From Candidatus Aegiribacteria sp. (GTDB lineage: Bacteria > Fermentibacterota > Fermentibacteria > Fermentibacterales > JCC-6): a stretch of 27,472 bases of DNA. The stretch covers positions 1 through 27,472 of the forward strand of contig DAOWJX010000147.1 of assembly GCA_030640155.1 (NCBI GenBank). Direction: 5' to 3'. Below, one piece after another: positions 8,479 through 16,966 of this stretch. Under the pieces are notes generated by a model. The model searched no databases. It had not been told where the DNA came from and worked only from the letters and a program-made list of their open reading frames with translations. Every line of letters starts with the position of its first letter. Positions within the stretch are counted from its first letter, which is position 1. The position numbers were made by a program, and so were the translations under genes.

Positions 8479-9422
8479 ATCGCTGCCCCATCACATATGA
8501 TGAGTGCGGCGTAAGCTTTTACTCACAACGAGGTTTGCACCTGCTGAATAAAAACCTTTCAAATCTGAACCATTTTCCACTAACGGCCTCTGAGCAACGA
8601 AAAGAAGCCCTTGTTCGAGCCGGGAAAATATCGATTCAAGGTATCCAACCGAAACTAAGTGCACGACTCAGCGTAAAAAAATCCGTTTTTGAAATAGTGG
8701 ACAAAGGTGGTCATTACATTCTCAAACCACAACACAGCGTATACCCCGAGTTGCCGGAGAATGAGGGCCTCACTATGCATCTGGCTGACCTTGCAGGTAT
8801 GGATGTTCCGTTGAACGGGCTGATGTATTCCAGGGATGGCTCTCTCACATACTTTATCAGGCGATTTGACCGAGTCGGCAAAGGCACGAAGATTGCGACG
8901 GAGGACTTCGCGCAAATCAGCGGTAAAGATCGGGATACGAAGTACAACTTCAGCATGGAAAAGGTCAGTGCACTTCTTGAGAAGCACTGCACGTTTCCTG
9001 CTGTTGAGAGAGCAAAACTATTCCGAAGATCCCTCTTCAGCTTCCTGATTGGCAATGAGGACATGCATCTGAAAAATTTTTCCCTCATCCGTCGCGATGG
9101 CATGATTGAACTGTCACCAATGTACGACTACCTGAATACGACAATCGCGCTTCAGGCAATAGGGAAACCAATTGAGGAGATTGAGGAGCTTGCTTTGCCA
9201 TTAAGAGGTAAAAAGCAGAATCTGACTCGAAAAGACCTGATTGACTACTTCGGCCGGGAGAGGCTTCAGCTCACTGTAAAAGTGATTGATGGCTGCCTGC
9301 AGGTATTAGAAACAACTATTCCAGAGTGGTACGACCTTATCAAAACGAGCTTCCTGTCCGATTCCATGAAGATTCTCTATTCTGAATTGCTGTATCGACG
9401 CTGTGTTGTTTTGGAACTCTGA
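8475..9422 (+). CDS. hipT: HipT/HipA-family Ser/Thr kinase toxin
   Basis: Gly-rich loop 'SIQGIQPK', 'YILKP', 'ENE', 'RRFDR', 'EDFAQ', catalytic 'GNEDMHLKNFSL', 'LSPMYD'. The HipA N-terminal domain is encoded separately. Confidence 0.88.
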   Translation: MNRCPITYDECGVSFYSQRGLHLLNKNLSNLNHFPLTASEQRKEALVRAGKISIQGIQPKLSARLSVKKSVFEIVDKGGHYILKPQHSVYPELPENEGLTMHLADLAGMDVPLNGLMYSRDGSLTYFIRRFDRVGKGTKIATEDFAQISGKDRDTKYNFSMEKVSALLEKHCTFPAVERAKLFRRSLFSFLIGNEDMHLKNFSLIRRDGMIELSPMYDYLNTTIALQAIGKPIEEIEELALPLRGKKQNLTRKDLIDYFGRERLQLTVKVIDGCLQVLETTIPEWYDLIKTSFLSDSMKILYSELLYRRCVVLEL

Positions 9423-9590
9423 ATAGAATCTTGGAATCCGCTGTCCGTCAGTTGTTACTGAGCAAACTATCTGGAACCTGTAAGGCTCCGGAAGATAGAG
9501 CTTGAAAAGTTAATCAAGTCACAGATGGGATTACGCTTGCGTATATGCGGAAACATGTACTGAAATTGTCTGAGAAAAACAAGTACCCAG

Positions 9591-9671
9591 CATTGTAACA
9601 CATTGTATATTATATAGATAACAATGTATTCAGCTTAAATAATTGCACATTACCTCTTTCTGAAGTATTAT
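9591..9671 (+). promoter_or_regulatory. Putative RND-operon promoter with an upstream inverted repeat
   Basis: TTGCAC (9643-9648)-N17-TATTAT (9666-9671). ACATTGT-N14-ACAATGT at 9600-9627, plus an extra CATTGTA at 9591. Confidence 0.35.
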
Positions 9672-9712
9672 TTACGGATAAATGATATTAGAATGAACGG
9701 GGGAATAACCCG

Positions 9713-12700
9713 GTGAAGCTTACAAAAACTGCTGTTTCAAGACCTGTTGCTGTCACTGTACTTTCCATTGTGGCTGCTCTTCTCGGTACTGTTGCCGTTA
9801 TGAAGATGCCGGTGGATCTTCTTCCATCGGTAGAATATCCAAGGTTGACCATTGAAACTACTTATCCATCGTCCAGCCCTTACGAAGTTGAACGGCTTGT
9901 AACCGATCCTCTTGAGAATGCCGTTGCAGGTGTCAGAGGGCTCAGGAGCTATACCTCCAGATCGTATGGAGACAGAAGCCGCATAACCCTTGAGTTTGAC
10001 TGGGGCGCGCGGATGGACTTTACAAGACTCGAGGTTAGGGAAAAACTGGATGTAGCCGGATGGTCGTTGCCGGATGAGGCAGGAAGACCGACGATAGTTG
10101 ATTACGATCCTTCCCGCAGGCCTTTCATGGAAATACTGATGACGATGGAATCGAGTGACTGGACCGATGTCACCGATTTCGCGAGAAGACTGGTTACGAC
10201 GCGGATTGATCAGGCTGAAGGTGTCGCGGGATGTGAGATTCAGGGTGAGGCTGATCCTGCTGTCTTCGTACACCTGAGAGAAGGTGTGGTTGAGGAGCTG
10301 AATCTCAATCCTGAGACGATTGCACTTGCTCTTCGGGGCGCTAATGTATCCATGTCAGGTGGACTCGTGCGTGATGGTCAGCGGGAGTACTTCCTCTCAC
10401 TTGAGGGCGAGTTTTCAACTCTCGAGGATGTTGAGAACACTGTTATTGGAATCAGAGGTAATACACCGCTCCTGTTAAGAGACATAGCAGAAGTTTCAAT
10501 AGGAGAGAAACCGGTAACTGAATGGGCCAGCTTCAATGGTGAGAGATGTCTTATCATAAGAGTACGCAAGATGGCTGAGGCCAATACCGTTGAAGTAGCA
10601 AGGGAAGTCAGCGAGCTCGTATCCGAACTCGGGGAGGAATATGAGGCTCTCGATCTTCAGATCATACAGAACGATGCGGACTTCATAGAGGAATCCATCG
10701 GTGAAGTGATAGAAGCTCTAATCCTTGGTGGATTACTTGCGTTTGGAGTTCTGTTCTTCTTTCTGAGAGACTGGAGAAGTCCTCTGGTACTTGGCCTCTC
10801 ATTGCCTCTCAGCATAGCAATCGCGCTGTTCTTCCTGTTCATTTCAGGAGTTACACTTAACATTATGTCTCTTGGAGGACTTGCTCTTGGAACCGGTCTC
10901 CTTGTGGACAATGCGGTTGTGGTGCTCGAAGCTATTTACAGAAGACGAGAAAACGGAGAAAAGGCGATTGAGGGTGCCAATTCCGGTACCTCTGAAGTAG
11001 GAAAAGCAATTACCGCCAGTACCCTGACAACACTCATAGTATTCTTCCCTGTAGTCTACATGGAGGGAATCACCAGTCAGCTTTTCAGAGATCAGGCTCT
11101 GGCAGTCGGATTTGCGCTGATAGCCAGCCTACTTGTTGCTGTTACGATTATTCCAACCCTGTCCGCAAGGATAAAACATCTTAAGAAGAGCACCGATGTC
11201 ACCACGAGGATGAAGGACCGATATGTCAGACTCATGCAGAAGGCTCTCCGGCATCCCGGAAAGATTCTGTTCGGTGTTATAACGACTTTTGCAATTGCTG
11301 TTCTGGTCGGCATGGGGCTTCCGATGCAGCTTCTTCCCAGCACACCCGTAGATCAGCTGGAGATATCCTATTCCGCTCCAAGGGGAACATCCATGGCTCA
11401 GATGGTTGACCTTTCAGCAAATGTGACTGATCTTGCGCTGTCCTCGGGTGCGGACTGGGTTTCAGGCCGAAGCGGAGTCCGTTCAGAGGAAGGTGTTGAC
11501 GCTATTTTAACTGCACTATACCCAACTCCTGAGGATGCCAGCGGTGCTATGCAACCACTGAGAGATGCATGGAACTCGATATTCGTATTTCCGATAACAG
11601 TTGAGAAAAGACAATCTCTGCTGGGAGAGATTCTAGGTGGCGGCAGCTCCTTTACAGTCTACCTCGAGGGTGAAAGCATTAATTTAGATCTTGAGGCAGC
11701 CCAAGGACTTGTGCAGATCCTGTCTGGATTAGAAGGAGTTGAATCCGCTAATTTACAGTACCTTCCCGGCAAGCCGGAGATGGTGCTTGATCTGGATCAG
11801 GAACTGATCAATCTGTTCGGACTATCTGCGTCTAATGTGGCTGATTTTGTAGGAAGCCTCTCAAGGGGAATCATAGCCACAACCTATTACAGGCAGGATG
11901 AACGAGTTGATGTGGTTCTGCTGGCAGGCAGTGGAGAGGGTATTTCAATTGATTCACTGTTCCTCAGATCCATACCTACATCATCAGGATTACTTTCAAT
12001 TGAAAGGATAAGCGAACCGGTAAGACGACAGACCCCCGGCTTTATAGAGCACAACCAGGGGAACAGAGCAGTTGCCGTACAGATACAGGGATCCGGAAGT
12101 AATCTGGCAAAGATATCCAGCAGCGTATCTACAGCTGCGGATACACTTCTGAGAGGAGTTCCTGTTCGTCTTCGAACAGGAGATGAGATTGAGGAGATGA
12201 ACAGAACCACATCCAGCCTTATACTTGCTGCCCTTCTCGCAATTGGTCTGGTTTACGTTCTGCTTGCCGCGCAGTTCGAATCTTTCCGGGAGCCTTTTGT
12301 GATAATGTTTACAGTACCACTTGGCGTTATTGGTGTCGTTCTCGGTCTGGCCCTGTTCGGACAGAGCTGGAATGCTCTCTCGGGAATAGGTCTTGTAGTT
12401 CTGTGTGGAATCGTGGTGAACGACGGCATTCTTCTTGTTGAACGGATCGGTCAGCTCAGGCAAGAGGGATTCGACAGGAATAACGCTATCATACAGGCAG
12501 GCAGAGATCGATTCAGACCTGTTCTGATGACCACGGTAACAACAGTTCTCGGTCTGACTCCGATGGCTATAGGATTCGGTTCAGGAGCCAGTCTTCGTCA
12601 ACCGCTTGCAATTGCGGTCATTGGCGGCATCACCATTGCTACAGCACTCACTCTCGTGGTAGTTCCAATTCTGTACAGATTACTTTCGAGCAGGAGGGGT

Positions 12701-12718
12701 TCCGTTGTCGGTCGTTGA
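9713..12718 (+). CDS. RND efflux transporter permease subunit (AcrB/AcrD/AcrF family), subunit 1
   Basis: 1001 aa. 'VSRPVAV', 'MPVDLLPSVEYP', TM4 'GLLVDNAVVVLE', 'AAQFES..EPF.IM..VP', 'RFRPVLMTT', 'LRQPLAIAVIGG'. GTG start with GGGGGA SD. Confidence 0.93.
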   Translation: MKLTKTAVSRPVAVTVLSIVAALLGTVAVMKMPVDLLPSVEYPRLTIETTYPSSSPYEVERLVTDPLENAVAGVRGLRSYTSRSYGDRSRITLEFDWGARMDFTRLEVREKLDVAGWSLPDEAGRPTIVDYDPSRRPFMEILMTMESSDWTDVTDFARRLVTTRIDQAEGVAGCEIQGEADPAVFVHLREGVVEELNLNPETIALALRGANVSMSGGLVRDGQREYFLSLEGEFSTLEDVENTVIGIRGNTPLLLRDIAEVSIGEKPVTEWASFNGERCLIIRVRKMAEANTVEVAREVSELVSELGEEYEALDLQIIQNDADFIEESIGEVIEALILGGLLAFGVLFFFLRDWRSPLVLGLSLPLSIAIALFFLFISGVTLNIMSLGGLALGTGLLVDNAVVVLEAIYRRRENGEKAIEGANSGTSEVGKAITASTLTTLIVFFPVVYMEGITSQLFRDQALAVGFALIASLLVAVTIIPTLSARIKHLKKSTDVTTRMKDRYVRLMQKALRHPGKILFGVITTFAIAVLVGMGLPMQLLPSTPVDQLEISYSAPRGTSMAQMVDLSANVTDLALSSGADWVSGRSGVRSEEGVDAILTALYPTPEDASGAMQPLRDAWNSIFVFPITVEKRQSLLGEILGGGSSFTVYLEGESINLDLEAAQGLVQILSGLEGVESANLQYLPGKPEMVLDLDQELINLFGLSASNVADFVGSLSRGIIATTYYRQDERVDVVLLAGSGEGISIDSLFLRSIPTSSGLLSIERISEPVRRQTPGFIEHNQGNRAVAVQIQGSGSNLAKISSSVSTAADTLLRGVPVRLRTGDEIEEMNRTTSSLILAALLAIGLVYVLLAAQFESFREPFVIMFTVPLGVIGVVLGLALFGQSWNALSGIGLVVLCGIVVNDGILLVERIGQLRQEGFDRNNAIIQAGRDRFRPVLMTTVTTVLGLTPMAIGFGSGASLRQPLAIAVIGGITIATALTLVVVPILYRLLSSRRGSVVGR

Positions 12719-15700
12719 TCTGGTTCTCCACAGACCGCGTGGAACAGCTGTAATTTATATCGCTCTTCTTATTCTAGCCTGGGTCTCATTTAACAGAATA
12801 CCGATAGAGGGAACTCCGGATACTACTCTGCCTACTCTTAATGTTTCAGCTTACTGGTCAGGGGCAGATCCTGAAGCCATATGTGAACAGGTTACACGCC
12901 CCATCGAAGAAACCGCCCGGGAAATTGAAGGTGTTGTAGAGATATCTTCCACATCCAGGAATGGAAGCAGTTATGTAAGTGTCTCATTTGAAAAAGGCAC
13001 TGATATGGATGTTGCGGCAATGGAACTGACGGAGCGGGTTTCGTTTCTCCGGGATGATCTGCCGCAGGCTGTCATAACCGGCAGTGTGACACAGGCTGTA
13101 CCACAGGAACTCGACAGTGAGGGGTTCCTTATATACGCCCTCACCGGTGCTGAACCCTCGGTTCTCAAGCAGATAGCCGATGATGTAATCGTCCCGAGGC
13201 TGGAACGGATAGACGGAGTAAGTTCAGTCATTGTCGAGGGTCTTGGTCAGCAGGAAATCATCATGGATATTGACCGGGACGCGCTTAACTCTCTTAATCT
13301 GACCCTTTCACAGGTTGCGAACGCTGTCCATTCAGGAATCGTTGATCGAAATACGGGCGTCGTGGTTGACAGTTCCGGACTGGAAGCAGTTCTCAGGATA
13401 TCAACAGTCCCGGGATCAGTGGCTGAATTGAGGGAACTTGTTATATCGAATCGGGACGGGAAATTCATCACTCTCTCCGATATCACAAACAGGATACTTG
13501 TTGATTTTAATTCGAATGAAACCTTCATATTCAGGTACAATGGAATGGACCAGGTTGTTCTTCAGATCGACAGGAATGCGTCCAGCAACGCCATTCGAGT
13601 AGCTTCTTCAGTCAAATCCAGAGTCGAGGAGCTGATTAAGGAACTACCCGCTGGAATAGAGCTTAGTCTTACAGAGGATGGAACAGAGAGTATTACAGAT
13701 GATCTGAAAGATCTGTCCTGGAGAGCCCTGATCGCTCTGGCTGCGATAGTCCTTATTCTTCTGTTCCTCAATCGCAGCCCCCTTTCCACTCCCCTTATCA
13801 TAAGTTCCATCCTCTTCTCGGCTGCGATGGCCGTTACTGCAGTATATCTGGCCGGTTACAGTATCAACGTTCTCACGCTCAGTGCACTCGCGATAGCGTT
13901 TGGATTGCTGGTTGATGGAGCTGTTGTTGTTCTGGAAGCCATAGGATTCAGGCGAAGGCAGGATTTTTCGCCAATGGAAGCGGCCAGGATAGGAGCGAAG
14001 GAAGTAGCTATGCCGATCCTTGGAGGCATACTGACTACTATGGTCGCTCTCGTACCGCTTCTTGGAAGTGAAGGAATCCTGAAACTTTACTATCGCCCGT
14101 TTGCGTTTACTATTGCCGCCACACTTACGGCTTCATTCTGCATCTGCCTTACTCTGGTTCCCTCAATAGCCGCGAGATGGAAGTCCAGAAACTGGTTCAA
14201 GGAAAGAAGATGGGACAGACATCTGGCAAAGGGGATCTCGGTTCTTCATCACAGACCTCTTATCGCGGTTCTGATCGCAGTTCTTCTCGTGTCTGGAGCG
14301 GTATGGGTGTTTCTCGTGAAAGTCGAGAAAGGACATGAATGGGGATTCAACTTCGATCCGGATTTCATCTATGTAGTAATCAGATTCCCACCGGGTACTC
14401 CTCAGGATGTTGTCGATACAGCCGCAAAGGGATTTGAAGACATACTGGCCAACAGAGAAGGTATTGCTTCTACCAGGACACAGGTAATCGGTGAGAGCGC
14501 AACTATCTATTCTGTATTGACTGACGAAGCCGTGCAGTCCGGCTATGGTCTGCAGATCGAAGCCGAGGCAGTGGCGTTTGCCACTGCCCTGGGTGGTACC
14601 AGACTCGTATTAGTTAGAGGTATGAATCCTGAACCGTACTGGCGAAGTTCAGCAAGCGCAGGGATGATGCAGACCATAGAACTGCGTGGATTCGATTACC
14701 AGGGGCTCAAGAATATAGCGCTGTCGATGCAGACAATGCTGGAACGGCACCCGAGGGTTGGAGAGGTTGATATCAACTTCGACAACAGAAGACCTGAACG
14801 CAGTCAGCTCGCTATTGTCTTTGACAGACAGGAACTCGCTGATCTGGGGATCAATCCGTACCAGATATTTCAGGCGTTCAGATACAATCTTGCCGGTGGC
14901 TATGGCGCGGAGGTTCAGATAGGTGATGAAAACCTCGATATGACCTTCAGGATTGACGGGATGGATAATCCGGAATTATCTGATGTTCTGGAGAGTAGAA
15001 TACTGACCATTGGTGGAACCATGGAGCTTGGGGACATCGTCCAGATCGATACGCTCGAAGTTCAGGGTTCCATTGAAAGAGAGAACGGGGAGTACATACG
15101 AACAGTTGCCTATTCCTTCATGGGAGCGGAAAGAATGGCAGCCCGTTTCAGGGTCACTCTGCTGGATAATCTTGTTCTTCCATCCGGATACAGGGTACAT
15201 GAGGCTGAGTATATCCCGTTCTGGCTGCAGGACGACGATACCGATATGAATCTTCTCGTAATTCTTGCGATAATTGCCGTATTCGCCGTGACCGCGATTA
15301 TATTCGAATCATTCAAAGCACCTCTATATATCCTGGCGGTCATTCCGATGGCTATGGTCGGAGTTGTAGCCGGGTTCTGGATATTTGATAAGGTTTTCAC
15401 GCCGCAGGCTTACATTGGGAGCGTATTCCTTGTTGGCATTGCGGTGAATAATTCAATACTCCTTGTTGACAGTTATCAGAAGAAGAAGAGAGCCGGGATG
15501 AATACAAAAAAGGCCGCTGACATGGTTGTCGCTGAACGGTTGCGACCTATCCTGCAAACCAGCGCTACTACTATTCTCGGATTGCTGCCTCTGGTTCTCT
15601 GGCCAATGGCAGAGGTTGATGACCTCTGGAGTACATTGTCATTTACAGTTGTGTGCGGAATGATAATCTCAACACCTCTGGTTCTCATTTCGCTGCCAGC

Positions 15701-15743
15701 TTTAATACAACTGACTTCCCGGAAAGAGAGGAAGAAGAAGTGA
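12705..15743 (+). CDS. RND efflux transporter permease subunit (AcrB family), subunit 2
   Basis: 1012 aa. TTG start with AGGAGG SD, overlapping the end of subunit 1. TM4 'GLLVDGAVVVLE', 'IFESFKAP', 'GIAVNNSILLVD', 'RLRPILQTS'. Confidence 0.92.
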   Translation: MSVVDLVLHRPRGTAVIYIALLILAWVSFNRIPIEGTPDTTLPTLNVSAYWSGADPEAICEQVTRPIEETAREIEGVVEISSTSRNGSSYVSVSFEKGTDMDVAAMELTERVSFLRDDLPQAVITGSVTQAVPQELDSEGFLIYALTGAEPSVLKQIADDVIVPRLERIDGVSSVIVEGLGQQEIIMDIDRDALNSLNLTLSQVANAVHSGIVDRNTGVVVDSSGLEAVLRISTVPGSVAELRELVISNRDGKFITLSDITNRILVDFNSNETFIFRYNGMDQVVLQIDRNASSNAIRVASSVKSRVEELIKELPAGIELSLTEDGTESITDDLKDLSWRALIALAAIVLILLFLNRSPLSTPLIISSILFSAAMAVTAVYLAGYSINVLTLSALAIAFGLLVDGAVVVLEAIGFRRRQDFSPMEAARIGAKEVAMPILGGILTTMVALVPLLGSEGILKLYYRPFAFTIAATLTASFCICLTLVPSIAARWKSRNWFKERRWDRHLAKGISVLHHRPLIAVLIAVLLVSGAVWVFLVKVEKGHEWGFNFDPDFIYVVIRFPPGTPQDVVDTAAKGFEDILANREGIASTRTQVIGESATIYSVLTDEAVQSGYGLQIEAEAVAFATALGGTRLVLVRGMNPEPYWRSSASAGMMQTIELRGFDYQGLKNIALSMQTMLERHPRVGEVDINFDNRRPERSQLAIVFDRQELADLGINPYQIFQAFRYNLAGGYGAEVQIGDENLDMTFRIDGMDNPELSDVLESRILTIGGTMELGDIVQIDTLEVQGSIERENGEYIRTVAYSFMGAERMAARFRVTLLDNLVLPSGYRVHEAEYIPFWLQDDDTDMNLLVILAIIAVFAVTAIIFESFKAPLYILAVIPMAMVGVVAGFWIFDKVFTPQAYIGSVFLVGIAVNNSILLVDSYQKKKRAGMNTKKAADMVVAERLRPILQTSATTILGLLPLVLWPMAEVDDLWSTLSFTVVCGMIISTPLVLISLPALIQLTSRKERKKK

Positions 15744-16777
15744 TACGAAAAGTAATATTTGGGCTTTTGATAGTATTTCTCATGCTTGCCGCATGTGGTG
15801 GAGAGGAAGAAGAGGCCGAGAGGGAGACTCTGGAACCTTCACCTCTTCCGGTAACAGCGGAAGCAGCTTCAGTAGATACCCTTTTCGAAGTCGTTAATTC
15901 AACAGGCAGGGTAACCTCTGCCAGAACTCAGTCCCTGTCCGCAATGATACAGGGAGAGGTTGTACAGGCGCCCGCGCATGCAGGCGAAGAAGTGAGAGAC
16001 GGTGAGATAGTATTCAGGATTGCCTCAGGTGAAAGTGCATCCAGACTCTCGAGTGCAAGCAGTTCATACAGGAATGCGCAGGCTCTATATGAATTCGAGT
16101 GCGAGAATTACAGAGGTGAACTCACACCGGATATTCAGAGCATGCTGCGCCAGACAACCGGGTTGACTGATGCGCAGACAAATCTTGCAGGAGCTCAGAC
16201 CCAGTACAGCAACTCCGCGATCACAGCGAGTTTTAATGGAGTCATTTCAGATATTTCCGCAAGGGAGGGGATGGTTGTCTATCCAGGAACTGTTCTGGGT
16301 GAGATCATCGATCCATGGAGTCTTCAGGTGGAAGTCAGCCTTGATGAGAGAGCACTGGTTCAATGTATACAGGGGCAAAGGGTTTATGTGACCATTCCTT
16401 CACTGAATGATACAACCATTGTCGGAACGGTTGCATCCGTTTCGCCAACTATTGACCCCTCTCTTAGAGCAGGTAAAGTGGTTATTGATCTTCCGGTTAT
16501 TCCGGGTCTCCGATCGGGAGCTACGACAAGGGTCGAGATAGTAATAGCGGTCTATTCAAATCAACTGATTATTCCTGAGGAAGCAGTTCTGATAAGAGAT
16601 GACCGAGATATGGTCTTTGTTGTTACAGATGGTCATGCTAAATGGAAACACGTTACGCTGGGGCCAAAGGGGAGAGGTTATGTTGCAGTGGAGGAGGGTG
16701 TGGCGGAAGGTGAGCAGGTAATTACCTCCGGTCATTACTCCCTTGCACATGATGCACCGGTCGCCATCGTCAATTAA
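15740..16777 (+). CDS. RND periplasmic adaptor (membrane fusion protein), lipoprotein
   Basis: Start reassigned to GTG 15740 (GTGA overlap with the upstream stop). Lipobox LAA-C. 'ITASFNGVI', 'IPEEAVLIRDD..MVFVV', 'GVAEGEQVITSG'. Confidence 0.9.
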   Translation: MIRKVIFGLLIVFLMLAACGGEEEEAERETLEPSPLPVTAEAASVDTLFEVVNSTGRVTSARTQSLSAMIQGEVVQAPAHAGEEVRDGEIVFRIASGESASRLSSASSSYRNAQALYEFECENYRGELTPDIQSMLRQTTGLTDAQTNLAGAQTQYSNSAITASFNGVISDISAREGMVVYPGTVLGEIIDPWSLQVEVSLDERALVQCIQGQRVYVTIPSLNDTTIVGTVASVSPTIDPSLRAGKVVIDLPVIPGLRSGATTRVEIVIAVYSNQLIIPEEAVLIRDDRDMVFVVTDGHAKWKHVTLGPKGRGYVAVEEGVAEGEQVITSGHYSLAHDAPVAIVN

Positions 16778-16782
16778 AAGGG

Positions 16783-16933
16783 TCGGACGTCACTTGCGAC
16801 ACTTGTGATAATAGTAAATGCTAATAAACAATGATATAATTAACAATTATATATACTATTTGTGAATCATTCTATTTATATCATTGTACTATTAGCCTGT
16901 ATTTGATTCGTAAGTGCCGCAAGTGACGTCCGA
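16783..16933. repeat. 151-bp concentric fold-back element (MITE-like) with 22-bp terminal inverted repeats
   Basis: TCGGACGTCACTTGCGACACTT (16783-16804) pairs with AAGTGCCGCAAGTGACGTCCGA (16912-16933), 1 mismatch. Inner arms 16820-16839 and 16876-16896 share the same centre. Confidence 0.7.
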
Positions 16934-16966
16934 TAACATATAGCTCAAAGGAAGTACCAGTGATAA

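Noticed and set aside
9455-9500. CTATCT...AGATAG hairpin after hipT as a terminator
   Set aside because: The stem is bulged and mismatched with no U-tract, too weak to call.
9593-9620. dif-like site (TGTATA-TTAT core)
   Set aside because: The XerD arm matches E. coli dif at 6/11 and the XerC arm at about 3/11, which is expected by chance in AT-rich DNA.
16783-16940. Integron attC site
   Set aside because: It lacks RYYYAAC at the 5' end and GTTRRRY at the 3' end on either strand, the flanking genes are convergent, and no integrase is present.
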